Below are positions 50,942 to 60,565 of a DNA stretch of 64,000 nt, piece after piece; the first letter of the stretch is position 1; every line of letters begins with the position of its first letter. Source of the DNA: Candidatus Latescibacterota bacterium (GTDB lineage Bacteria; Latescibacterota; UBA2968; GCA-2709665); assembly GCA_965237675.1 (NCBI GenBank), contig OZ250150.1, forward strand, positions 4,192,001 through 4,256,000. The letters run 5' to 3'. The translations under genes and the position numbers were made by a program. Under the pieces are notes generated by a model. The model worked only from the letters and a program-made list of their open reading frames with translations. It did no database searches and was not told where the DNA came from.

Positions 50942-51613
50942 TCAGTGCTGGCAACCCGAGAGCTTTTCGACAATAGAATCGAAGTTTACCAACATCTGCC
51001 GTTCGAAAGATCCCCACGACCTATAACAACGCAACGAAGTTTTATGGAAATTGGGTGCGAACTTCGTGGCCTCGATTTTCGTCAGCACCACAGATAACGT
51101 TTCGTAGATATTTCTAATGTTTCCGTAATTGTCACGATTTGGTACTCTCTATGAATTCATGAACCCGCTTCTGATATTCGTTAGTCCTTCGTCGATATTA
51201 TAGTTCCAAAATTTCCTTTCCCTGTTGTTATTCGGAGATACGTCTCCGTTGCGGAAGTCTGACGACCAGCGACAGAAGTCATCGCACAACGACTGAAACA
51301 GCGCTTCCGAGACAACAAATTGATCCAGATCGGAATTTGGGACAAACGGGTTTCCGAATTTTCCTTTTTTTAATGACAACGACGAACACAGTCGTGCACT
51401 TCCGGTCATACTAATCGCTTTAGCCTCAACGCCAAGTTTCCTGCTAAGCCACGAACGAAGCGATTCGTAGACTGCCGGACACTCTCTGAATGCAAAGGGT
51501 ATCCCTTCCGAAAGCCATTGCCGAGCAATCGCTACTCGATCCGTGGCCGCGCCGTCGCACATAGCCTTCAGTAATTGTCTCACGGTCGGATAGCGGTCGG
51601 AAATTGTGGCCAA
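50942..51613 (-). pseudogene. Pol-beta-superfamily nucleotidyltransferase-like gene interrupted by an in-frame TAG at 51149-51151
   Basis: ISMTGSARL...FGNPFVPNSDLDQFVVS (GS-x-DxD). The frame stays open for 68 more sense codons after the TAG (RVPNRDNYG...SLRCYRSWGSFERQMLVNF...QH*), ending at TGA 50942-50944. Confidence 0.7.
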
Positions 51614-51626
51614 TGATGCAGAAAAC

Positions 51627-52241
51627 TCAAATGGCTTGTTTGCACACCTCTCGAATCGAGCCGGGCTCTACCTTTGCTCGGTTATATCGCGCCAATAGGT
51701 AGGCACATCTTTGTTCTATTTTGCGTAGCCGTTTGGCCGAAGCTTCCCTTGGCTGTGGATACTTGAGGCGAGCTACGAATAGAGCTGCAGAGTTCAAGTC
51801 TGATGAAGCTGGATCTATTCCTAACCGTTCACATGCCTGAACAAAGTTGTTCATTCGCCAACCGTAGTATGCTACCCACAAATAGAGTCCTGGAAGGTCT
51901 TCTCTTGGGACGTATCGAGTAAGCCAAACTGCCAGAACGATTTCTCGGGCCTTTCTCCGGACGGTGTTATCGTATCCCCGCATCAGGACCCGGGCAAGCT
52001 GCATCGCAATCGTGGAGCCACCTTCTTTACGGCCACAAACAGTCGTTCTCCAAGCAGCACGACATAATGCAACCGGATCGAAACCTGGATGGCGAAAGAA
52101 CCGATGGTCTTCGCCAAGAATAAGCAACGAGCACATTTGCGCGTTCGGATGCGCTTCGCACTGACGGTCGTATGCGCGTTTAACCCGATCGATTTCCCTT
52201 TTCAACTCTTTCCACATCCCATTCCAATACGTCACGATCAT
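51627..52241 (-). CDS. Stand-alone GT51 peptidoglycan transglycosylase-like domain protein without a membrane anchor
   Basis: GEDHRFFRHPGFD (motif 1), GGSTIAMQLAR (motif 2), RRKAREIVLA (motif 3) and LYLWVAYYG; no hydrophobic N-terminus; ATGA overlap with the mod stop. Confidence 0.85.
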   Translation of the reverse strand: MIVTYWNGMWKELKREIDRVKRAYDRQCEAHPNAQMCSLLILGEDHRFFRHPGFDPVALCRAAWRTTVCGRKEGGSTIAMQLARVLMRGYDNTVRRKAREIVLAVWLTRYVPREDLPGLYLWVAYYGWRMNNFVQACERLGIDPASSDLNSAALFVARLKYPQPREASAKRLRKIEQRCAYLLARYNRAKVEPGSIREVCKQAI

Positions 52242-55048
52242 ACCCTAAACACCTTCATCACCTCGTCCCCAAGGTGGTTGATCACCTTTACAGCGATCCG
52301 ACCGGAACTCGGTTTGGGGAAAGGCCGTGAAATGTCGCTGTGGAGGGTTTCCCAGGCATCCTGATTTATTTCCGCCTTTAGTGTGGTCTTGAGAGATTTG
52401 TAGGGGTCGTTGGCACCTAGGAAGTAGGCATGACGGACGAAAAAGCTCTCGTTGTTGTAGTCTGTATCCACGAACCAGCATGCGATTCCGTCTGCATTGT
52501 CACTCCTGATTTCGCCGGTGTTGGGATGGAACACGTCCACGCCGTTGACTTTGACCTGGATTTGACTATCGTCCGCGTCGAGGATGTCTATATCCGGTTC
52601 GCCAAAGATGACGAAAAGGTTGCCTTTACCGGTGTTTTTGAGGTCGTCGGCCATGTGCAGGTCGGCATTCATGCGTGCCTTGAGGACCGGAACCCGTCCG
52701 ACCTTGTTGAAGTCGGACGCGTGGGCGTCGTAATTGAAGGCGCAGGCGATCAGCACATCGAAGTCGGCGTCAGCTGCCTCCCGGGCGGCCTCAACGAGAT
52801 CGGGACGGGAGACGGTCCCGAATTCTGGGCCGATGAAGATGCCGGCGCGTTTCTCCAAGCCGTAGACGGATTCCGCTTCGACGTAGGTACCCTCTGCGCA
52901 AACGAGATCGCCGGGCCAGGGTCTCATCCCGGAGAATGATATGCGGTCCTCCTTGTGCGCCTGCTGGACGCCGGAGGTCTTTAGATTGTCCAGGATTATT
53001 CCGGCGAAGTCCTGCTTCTCTCCGTAGCCGAGCTTCCCTTCGGCAACGTTGTCGATTAACGCGTCTTCCTCATCGACACCGAGGAGTCGGTGCGGCGACA
53101 GGCTCTCTACCGTGAAGGGTCCAGCGACACGGACCTTTTTCTTGTCCTCGTAAGGCTTGTCGTAGAGGTATTCGTAGTCCGCTTTCCCGGCGATGGAGGC
53201 GTCAACTTCCTTTTGTCGAGCGATCCGCAGTTCCCACCATTCCTTGTGTAACTTTCTCGCTTCCCTGGACCAATCATCTTGGGAATCACGGGGGATTTCC
53301 CACGCCTCATAGGATGTCCGAAGTTCCTCGTTTAGCTTCGCGCGGAGAGTCTCGAGCGTTTCCTGGAATTTCTCCCAGATCACATCGATTTCGGCGTTGT
53401 TGGCGATGGACTTGAGGGTAATGTGGGGGACGCGTTCATACACGAAACCATGGCGGATGTTGTGGTAGGTCGGTGTTTCGGAGGGTGACTTGCGGACGAG
53501 CGCGGCTTCCTTGATCTGTCCTTCGCGGCTGTCGGCGAGCAGGTAGTAGGGATAACGGGCGCCCATGGTGCGGGCACGGGCAAGCGCCAGGGCAACCCGT
53601 GATGTGTCGATGGTGATCCAGCGGCGTCCCCACTGCTCCGCCACGTACGCAGTAGTGCCGGAGCCGCAGGTGGGGTCGAGGACGAGGTCGCCGGGGTCAG
53701 TGGTCATCAGTATGCAGCGTTGGATGATCTTCTGAGCCGTTTGAACTACGTAAATCTTTTCCTCAGTGAAAGAGCCAGTCAGCGTATCAGTCCAGAGATT
53801 TCCTATGGGAGTGACGGGAAAGTCGTCAATGAATCTAATGTAACTAAGGCTGTTTATTGCGTGCCCAAGGCGCATTGATTGAGAAAGTCGTATCATCCCG
53901 ACAAAATTCGTCTTCCAGTATCCGCGACCAGAACTAAAGACCCTACCTTGATGGTAAAACTCAAAATTTGTTGTTTCGCCTCCGCTCTGGGACGTTATTG
54001 TATCGTGGCGATAGATTTTCGCGTCATTTCCGATTTTTGTTCGATCGGACCGTTCCTCTTTCGTCATTGAAATACGACTCAGATCAGGCCTTTGCAGCTT
54101 CGAATACTGTCCTCCCGCGGTGAAGGTGGCGTCCTTCGTTGTGAATGGTCTCCGAAACTTCAGTACGTATATGTCTCTAGAGTACCAAATCAAGTAATCT
54201 GATACGGACGCAAGGTTCTTGTCCGTTTGGCTACTGGTCTTTTTTATTGTGATGAGAGAAACACAATTCTCCTCTCCAAACACCTCGTCCATCAACGCCC
54301 GCACCCGATGCACATTCTCGTCCCCAATCTGCACAAAGACTGACCCGCTCTCAGCCAGCAGGTCCCGCGCGACCGTGAGCCTATCACGCAAATACGTCAA
54401 ATACGAATGAATGCCATCCCGCCACGTATCCCGAAACGCCTTTACCTGTTCCGGCTCGCGGGTGATGTGGTCGGCATTGCCGTCCTTGACGTTGCGGCTG
54501 GTCGTGGACCACTGGAAGTTGGAGTTGAATTTGATGCCGTAGGGAGGGTCGACGTAGATGCATTGCACCTTGCCGCGCAACCCCTCCCGCTCCGCGAGCG
54601 ACGCCATGACCTGCAAGCTGTCCCCGAGAATCATCCGGTTCGACCAGTTGGCGTCGTGCTTGTAGAACTCCGTCTGGGCGTCCGCGTTCGGCAATCCGTT
54701 GAAATCGGCGAACAGGTCGGCCTGGGTGCCGGATTCGCCGTCCCCCTTCTCCGCCACCGATTCTTTGCTCCGCTGCCGCAGGTCATCGATCAGGATCTTC
54801 GGATGAACCTTCTCCTGGATGAAGAGCGGCGGCGCCTCCACGACGAGGTCCGACCAGTTTTGCTGGTCTTTGCCGCGCCATATAAGCTGCGGGTCAAGGT
54901 CCCGGTTACGCCGCTCATAGGCGACTTCAATCGGGCTACGGTCGCCTTCCGCCATCACCGATTGATACTCGGCCGTCGGAATATTCTTTCGCGATGCGTC
55001 CTTGTGCTGGAGGGTTTCGATGGTTTTGCTCGATCTTCGTTTCCTCAT
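52238..55048 (-). CDS. mod: Type III restriction-modification methyltransferase (Mod subunit)
   Basis: NRMILGDSL, CIYVDPPYG (catalytic) and DLVLDPTCGSGTT (SAM-binding) in beta-class order, with a long C-terminus. Start 55048 (GGAG RBS) or 55066. Confidence 0.93.
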   Translation of the reverse strand: MRKRRSSKTIETLQHKDASRKNIPTAEYQSVMAEGDRSPIEVAYERRNRDLDPQLIWRGKDQQNWSDLVVEAPPLFIQEKVHPKILIDDLRQRSKESVAEKGDGESGTQADLFADFNGLPNADAQTEFYKHDANWSNRMILGDSLQVMASLAEREGLRGKVQCIYVDPPYGIKFNSNFQWSTTSRNVKDGNADHITREPEQVKAFRDTWRDGIHSYLTYLRDRLTVARDLLAESGSVFVQIGDENVHRVRALMDEVFGEENCVSLITIKKTSSQTDKNLASVSDYLIWYSRDIYVLKFRRPFTTKDATFTAGGQYSKLQRPDLSRISMTKEERSDRTKIGNDAKIYRHDTITSQSGGETTNFEFYHQGRVFSSGRGYWKTNFVGMIRLSQSMRLGHAINSLSYIRFIDDFPVTPIGNLWTDTLTGSFTEEKIYVVQTAQKIIQRCILMTTDPGDLVLDPTCGSGTTAYVAEQWGRRWITIDTSRVALALARARTMGARYPYYLLADSREGQIKEAALVRKSPSETPTYHNIRHGFVYERVPHITLKSIANNAEIDVIWEKFQETLETLRAKLNEELRTSYEAWEIPRDSQDDWSREARKLHKEWWELRIARQKEVDASIAGKADYEYLYDKPYEDKKKVRVAGPFTVESLSPHRLLGVDEEDALIDNVAEGKLGYGEKQDFAGIILDNLKTSGVQQAHKEDRISFSGMRPWPGDLVCAEGTYVEAESVYGLEKRAGIFIGPEFGTVSRPDLVEAAREAADADFDVLIACAFNYDAHASDFNKVGRVPVLKARMNADLHMADDLKNTGKGNLFVIFGEPDIDILDADDSQIQVKVNGVDVFHPNTGEIRSDNADGIACWFVDTDYNNESFFVRHAYFLGANDPYKSLKTTLKAEINQDAWETLHSDISRPFPKPSSGRIAVKVINHLGDEVMKVFRV

Positions 55049-55093
55049 TGATTCCGGTCTCTCCATCGTATCACAAATTCGTTTGGTTACAGG

Positions 55094-55249
55094 TCAGACG
55101 TCAACGGACAGGCAACCTTCAACGGCCTCGTAGAGGTTGGTCAGCAACGCTTCGAAGGATTCCGCTTGCGTCGCACATCCAGGGATTGAGGGTACTTCCG
55201 CCCAATATCCGCCTTCTTCCGCTTGATGGATTTCAACTTTCAGTTTCAT
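55094..55249 (-). CDS. hicB: HicB-family antitoxin, short/truncated (51 aa), no hicA partner
   Basis: Below the ORF-track cutoff. Manual translation: [51 protein letters not shown]. Confidence 0.8.
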   Translation of the reverse strand: MKLKVEIHQAEEGGYWAEVPSIPGCATQAESFEALLTNLYEAVEGCLSVDV

Positions 55250-55266
55250 GGCTTTCTCATAGTTCG

Positions 55267-57018
55267 TTACGGACCAAGTGTGTGGGCTAGTGGTACGTAT
55301 TCCAACATCGCCGACGTTCCGATCATATCAACGAACCGCACAATCCATTCAAACCCGTTGACATCTGTGAGCCGCAACGGCTGATTCAATTTGAAGTGAA
55401 CGGGTTGCTCCTTGCCTTCGTCAATGGCGACGTTCGTCGCGTAAAGATACGTGCGGTCGAGATTGTCGAGGATCGGGTTGAGTCGCCCGGTTAGGTTCGG
55501 CAAATGGCCGGTTCTATCCGTGAACACCGCCGAGCCACCCATCGGCAACGGTTCAAGCTGCACGTGCAGCGATTCCGACGGGCGCCAATCCCGCTCCACG
55601 TGGGCGGTGTACCCCTGTGCCGCGCAGAAAACGGTAATGGGAAGTTCCGAGTGAAATCCAAAAGCGACCCGGCCAAACGTATCGGTTTTCCCCTCCATCC
55701 AGGTCTTGTTGGGATACAGTGTAACTACCTGCGCATCTGCAAGCGGCTGGCCGGCCGCGAATACCAACACTTCCCCTTTGATCCCCGTTACCGGCGGAGG
55801 GGCGGAAGGTATAGTCAGCCGCAGTTCTGCACCTCCGATCAGTTCGTAGTCCGGGTCGTGCCCTGTCAGCTCGTGGGTCTGCTCATAGATGATTGGAACT
55901 CCTTCGCCGCGTAGTTCCAGGAAGTACTGCCGATCACCCGCGCCGATGATTTCCCCTACCGCAAGCATACGGAGGATGGACGCGAGCGTTTCGTTGCGGG
56001 TGGCTTGTCGATTGCGCATGGCCTCGATAGGCAGCGTGTTGGGCAGGGCGCCCGGCGAGTACAACTCAAGGCGATCGTCAAAGATGAAGAGCCGTATCTT
56101 CCCGTTCTCTATCGAGTAGTCGCGGTGTACCACGGCGTTGACAGTGGCCTCGAATACTGCTCGCGGGCTAAATTGGGGAATCTCAACCCGCCCAGGATCC
56201 TTGCGCGCCGCCACCCGCGTGTTGAGCCTGACGAAATTGACGGTATCGCGAATTTGCTGGTCCAACGGACCGGTGATTGACGAGGCATCGTGCTGGCTTG
56301 CACGGCCGAGAACCGTGCCTCGATAGCGAATGGCCTCGACCAGAGCGCCTGGTATGTGCTCATCCGGGCGTGCGGTGCAGAGTAACACGCCGGCCACCGT
56401 TGCGCGGGTCACGCCGCTGTCATCCTCCCGCACCAACCCCAGCTTTGTGAGTTGGACCGTTGCAGGCTCGGTGGCGCGCGAGCTCAGGAATCGATCCGCC
56501 AAAGTCTCGTCGAGCGTGTTGGTTCCGGTTCCGGAAACGATCGCTTCGTCAGGACCAGGTAGACCAGAACGCCCCCGCTGCTGAAACAGACGGTTCAATG
56601 CTTCCGACGACAGTTCACGCTTCGCGCTGCCTTTACGGGAAAAATATCCTCCGGGGCTCTTGTGGACCAACGCGCTCTGTTCGACATGGACGATCAGCAC
56701 AAACGAACCGTCCGGCAGAGCCAGCCGTTGGGTGACGAACGCCAACGGAGGACGGATGCTATCCGAGCAAATCTCGCTGACGAAGGCTTCCAACGCATCC
56801 ATCTGTTTCCGGTTCATCGACCGCACCTCACCAGCGTCGGATACGCTGAAGATCACTGTGCCGCCAATGGTATTACCAAAAGCGGCCAACTCGTCTGCAA
56901 CCATGTCACGACGAGGCTCACGAACCCGGTTGTTGGCAAACACGACTTCTTTAAACTCAACGCTGCTGTCCTCGCCGAGTTTGAGTCGCTGCAACAGGCT
57001 ATCCGTGTTCCATAACAT
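55267..57018 (-). CDS. Schlafen/AlbA_2 + HATPase_c_4 (RecG-C-like) protein with an extra C-terminal beta-rich domain
   Basis: [10 protein letters not shown]...[19 protein letters not shown] (AlbA_2), [12 protein letters not shown]...[10 protein letters not shown]...RNETLA...GEGV (HATPase_c_4), and C-terminal GQPLADAQV...GKTDTFG (carboxypeptidase-regulatory/transthyretin-like pattern). Confidence 0.82.
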   Translation of the reverse strand: MLWNTDSLLQRLKLGEDSSVEFKEVVFANNRVREPRRDMVADELAAFGNTIGGTVIFSVSDAGEVRSMNRKQMDALEAFVSEICSDSIRPPLAFVTQRLALPDGSFVLIVHVEQSALVHKSPGGYFSRKGSAKRELSSEALNRLFQQRGRSGLPGPDEAIVSGTGTNTLDETLADRFLSSRATEPATVQLTKLGLVREDDSGVTRATVAGVLLCTARPDEHIPGALVEAIRYRGTVLGRASQHDASSITGPLDQQIRDTVNFVRLNTRVAARKDPGRVEIPQFSPRAVFEATVNAVVHRDYSIENGKIRLFIFDDRLELYSPGALPNTLPIEAMRNRQATRNETLASILRMLAVGEIIGAGDRQYFLELRGEGVPIIYEQTHELTGHDPDYELIGGAELRLTIPSAPPPVTGIKGEVLVFAAGQPLADAQVVTLYPNKTWMEGKTDTFGRVAFGFHSELPITVFCAAQGYTAHVERDWRPSESLHVQLEPLPMGGSAVFTDRTGHLPNLTGRLNPILDNLDRTYLYATNVAIDEGKEQPVHFKLNQPLRLTDVNGFEWIVRFVDMIGTSAMLEYVPLAHTLGP

Positions 57019-57053
57019 TGCATCTTCCCTTGGGCATGTTTCAACGAGCCAAT

Positions 57054-60000
57054 TTATCCGCGTGTTTCCGTCTTTAGATTCAGATCTCGGGGGCTTGCCT
57101 GGGCTGAAAACCGCTCGATTATTTCGTTGAACGCTGCTTCCACCTTGGACTCAAAGTCCGCCTGCATCTCATACACGTCAGTAAACTCTGCGAAAGCCCA
57201 GCGACCATAATTCCCGTGATTGTTTACTCCGGGCACCCAGTAGGTGTCCATGGTATCCTTCTTATGTTTGGCGTCCTCACCGCGATAGCCCTTGATCTCG
57301 ACAATAAGATGAAGGAGATCGTCCTGGCCTCGTCCGTCGTCAACGAGAACAATAAAATCAGGAATGTACGTCCGCGTCACGGAGCCGCGCCGGTAAGGAA
57401 CCTCGAGACCAAGATTGTGGTTTTTTACGTAAGCCCTGACGCTGCGATGGGATTCAGCGACGCGGCAAAATTCCGCTTCCCAGTCGCTATCCAAGACCAC
57501 CCAATTGACGTGGCAGCGGCGAGAATCCGTCTCGTAACGGCTGGTCCTGGTGGTATTGAAATTCACCTGAGCCGTCGAGCCTACCGGATTATACGGATCG
57601 AGCACGGCCTTGACCGGGCGACTGCCGATTGCCGCCCGAGTGATGGCGGCCGTGATGCGTTCACAGGCCATATCCGCAAGTTCCTGGTACATCAGTTGCG
57701 CAGGATATGTGCTACCCTTGCAAGTAAGGCAGGTATCGAGCCACTTCCGGGTAATGCTCTTGAGCTGTCCGAATAAATGAAGCTTGGGTTCCTCGCCCGG
57801 GTCCCGCCATTTGGTATATAGCAGCCGCTGGGTGAGGTAGAACAGAAGCGTGGATTGACGAATGTCATTTGTATGAACCAGATTGAGGTCCACGCCTTTG
57901 CCGATAATCCCCTGGTTTGTCGTGATGGATGGTCCGATGATATCCGGTGTTAATTCCAGAACCGAGTCCTCATTGAACTCGGCAGTTAACCTTTCGTCGG
58001 GCAGTTCCACTCGATATCCTGCCACTCGCGGGAAACGAATTTCAAGCGCGTCCCTTTCGGGTCGCACGGCCCTCACATGGACGGTTTCTCGTGGTGGTGT
58101 CGGCGTGACAACGACTGGCTTTGCGGTAAAGTCGAAAGGTATTCCCAGAACATCAGCGTACTCGACATCAAACAGCCCTTCGTCGTTGAGTTTGTAGGAC
58201 TGCCGGCGCAGCGCACGACCGACAACCTGCTCGCAAAGCAACTGGGTACCGAAAGCGCGAACACCCAGGACGTGACTGACGTTGTTCGCATCCCAACCCT
58301 CCGTGAGCATCGATACCGAAACCACACAACGAATCGAATCCCCCAGTCTACCGGATTTGCCGACGGTGTTCATGACCTCGCGGAGCAGTTCCTGGTCGCT
58401 GATCTTTTCGGCTTGTTGGCGATCGCCTGTACGTTCGATTATTTCTCGTCGAAAGCGTTCGATTTCATTGATAGCCATCTTTCGGAATTTCGTATCCAGC
58501 GCATCACCGGACTCCAACTGCTCACTGTCGATCAGTAGAGTGCGAGGGCGCGGGTGCCGCTGGCCATATTCATCGAAGTTGCGAAACAACTCCAGGCGTC
58601 CGTTCTCAAACGTCGATGAACCATCTTCGTTTTCACGATAAAAACCAGAGATATAATCGTATACCAGCTTGGAGGTCGAGGTGTTGTTGCAGACTACGAT
58701 AAAACATGGTGGCACGCCGATGCCGGCTTCCTCCATCAACTCGAACGTCTTCTTATAATGCCCATATAGTGCTGCCAACGCAGTCTGCAACTCCACGGGC
58801 AGACTGAGGGGATCGAGTGTCTTAGCCTTACCCCGCCCTTTCTTCGGCATATCACTTCGAATGTGTTCCCATAGGTTGCGGAACTTCGGCATATCCCCGC
58901 CGGGGATATTGTCGGCGACTGGCACGCGGGGCAGTTTGACGATGCCGCATTCGATGGCGTCCATCAGGGAGAAATCGCACATCGTCCACGGAAACAATGT
59001 CCCTTCTGCGTATCCCGAACCGCGCAGAAAGAAAGGCGTTGCAGAAAGATCCAGCACCCGGTTGATGCCGAGCTTTTTCCCCACCGTCTCCAGTCCCGAA
59101 ATCCAAAGGCGCGCGGCTTCCGTGTTCTTCTTGGCTTCCTTACTTTCGTCTCCCTTGAGTGTACCTTCCTCCCCTTCCCCCGGCTTTTCACGATAGCAGT
59201 GATGCGCCTCATCATTAAGGACCATGATGTTCTTGATTCCCATAAGTTCGGGCATGACCCGTTGGAGCATCTGTCCTTCAGTTTCCAAGGTAGACAGCGA
59301 CTCACCCCGACCCTGAAGCAAGGAACGGCCGCCCTTTGATAGTTCCAAACGTTCACGCAGCTTGAATGCGTGATAATTGGTGATGACGATCTTGGACTTT
59401 TCCAAGTCGGGCAGCATGTCGTTCGGAACCAGTTCGCTGCTCTGATAGTAACTGTCCGGGTCATTTGGCTGCAGGACACGCAGGCGATCCTTGATGGTGA
59501 TGCCGGGGGTGACAACGAGGAAGCCGCGCGTAAACCGGCTGCTCTGCGGCCGGCGTACTGCGTTGATGGTTTGCCAGGCGATCAACATCGCCATAACAGT
59601 GGTCTTGCCGGCGCCGGTTGCCAATTTAAGCGCCAGGCGCTGCAACCCTGTATTCGCTTCGTTGTTGGAACTTGCCAAGTGATCGAGGAATCTCTTGCCG
59701 GAAACACCGGCATTGGGCGCAACTTCTGTTAGCCAGATGACGGTCTCTACCGCCTCGACCTGGCAAAAGAAAGGTCGAATGTCATTGAACCGATGGTGCC
59801 GCCAATGCTGGAGCAGTCGCGCCGTTTCAGGCGACACCCGCCATTGTTTCGGATTTCGCAACCGTCGCCATCGGTCGACCTGTAACCGAACGCCGCTGAT
59901 GATTTCGGTTAGATCGTACCGCTGGCCTTCAGTCCCGAGTTTCCTGGCCGCCTCGTCGAAAACAATCGCGGATTGATCTACAGGCGATCCCTTCTGCTTC

Positions 60001-60152
60001 TTCGGTTTCGGAATCGGCGAAATGAACTCGGCGCGTCGCCGCATTTCGACGATTTTTTGCGTCGGCTGGCCTGTCTTGTCCAGTTCCCAGTGCGTGTTCG
60101 GGTACTCGTACGGCGAGTTGAGTATCGGTTGTTCGAAGAATTGATCGCTCAA
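57054..60152 (-). CDS. res: Type III restriction endonuclease (Res subunit, BPTD_3080-like)
   Basis: PFFCQVEAVET, KLATGAGKT, NDEAHHCY, LSATP, SMLTEGWD, EQVVGRALRR and C-terminal YIPDFIV...VEIKG nuclease; TTG start with AGGAG RBS. Confidence 0.93.
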   Translation of the reverse strand: MSDQFFEQPILNSPYEYPNTHWELDKTGQPTQKIVEMRRRAEFISPIPKPKKQKGSPVDQSAIVFDEAARKLGTEGQRYDLTEIISGVRLQVDRWRRLRNPKQWRVSPETARLLQHWRHHRFNDIRPFFCQVEAVETVIWLTEVAPNAGVSGKRFLDHLASSNNEANTGLQRLALKLATGAGKTTVMAMLIAWQTINAVRRPQSSRFTRGFLVVTPGITIKDRLRVLQPNDPDSYYQSSELVPNDMLPDLEKSKIVITNYHAFKLRERLELSKGGRSLLQGRGESLSTLETEGQMLQRVMPELMGIKNIMVLNDEAHHCYREKPGEGEEGTLKGDESKEAKKNTEAARLWISGLETVGKKLGINRVLDLSATPFFLRGSGYAEGTLFPWTMCDFSLMDAIECGIVKLPRVPVADNIPGGDMPKFRNLWEHIRSDMPKKGRGKAKTLDPLSLPVELQTALAALYGHYKKTFELMEEAGIGVPPCFIVVCNNTSTSKLVYDYISGFYRENEDGSSTFENGRLELFRNFDEYGQRHPRPRTLLIDSEQLESGDALDTKFRKMAINEIERFRREIIERTGDRQQAEKISDQELLREVMNTVGKSGRLGDSIRCVVSVSMLTEGWDANNVSHVLGVRAFGTQLLCEQVVGRALRRQSYKLNDEGLFDVEYADVLGIPFDFTAKPVVVTPTPPRETVHVRAVRPERDALEIRFPRVAGYRVELPDERLTAEFNEDSVLELTPDIIGPSITTNQGIIGKGVDLNLVHTNDIRQSTLLFYLTQRLLYTKWRDPGEEPKLHLFGQLKSITRKWLDTCLTCKGSTYPAQLMYQELADMACERITAAITRAAIGSRPVKAVLDPYNPVGSTAQVNFNTTRTSRYETDSRRCHVNWVVLDSDWEAEFCRVAESHRSVRAYVKNHNLGLEVPYRRGSVTRTYIPDFIVLVDDGRGQDDLLHLIVEIKGYRGEDAKHKKDTMDTYWVPGVNNHGNYGRWAFAEFTDVYEMQADFESKVEAAFNEIIERFSAQASPRDLNLKTETRG

Positions 60153-60565
60153 ATCAATGTACTCCTATTGCACCAAAATCACATTGACCCGTATTTTCGT
60201 AGAGGTACGGGAACCGAAACCCTCGTGAGCTGTTACAGCGTTCCCGGAGAAACTTCGATATGCTGCAAAAGTAGGAATGACACCAATAAAGAAATTTCAA
60301 GTCAACGCAAAACTGCATCTCCATCAAACCATTCGCAAACACGAGCACGAGCGAACGGCAGGACCTGACAAATCCGGATGTTCTTCAGGGTACCCTGCTA
60401 AGGCAACTCTCCGCCCCACCGGGCGTCTATAGCACATGTGAGATTCGGCTTTAGGTACAAGGAAATCGTCTTTCTAATATAGGCACAGAGGGTTCGTCCG
60501 TGTACATCTTTCAAAGCAAAGCCATCGAATTTGTCATGGACTCGACGAGCAGAAGGTCAACTCGA

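Larger units (their letters stand above)
46076..60200 (-). other. tRNA-adjacent defence island (type III RM + type IV GmrSD + accessory cargo)
   Basis: Nine co-oriented genes or fragments, most with nucleic-acid-acting domains, starting right after the tRNA; several segments are visibly AT-richer than the flanks. No integrase or att repeat was seen. Confidence 0.85.

Noticed and set aside
51149-51151. Pyrrolysine or genome-wide stop-codon recoding
   Set aside because: TAG ends other intact genes in the window normally (e.g. nupC, the Rieske fusion), and no pyl genes are present.
60152-60500. attR-like duplication of the tRNA 3' end, or an integrase
   Set aside because: No copy of GTTCGAGTCCTGCAGGGCCCACCA and no recombinase motif were found by eye, so the island is not called a mobile element.
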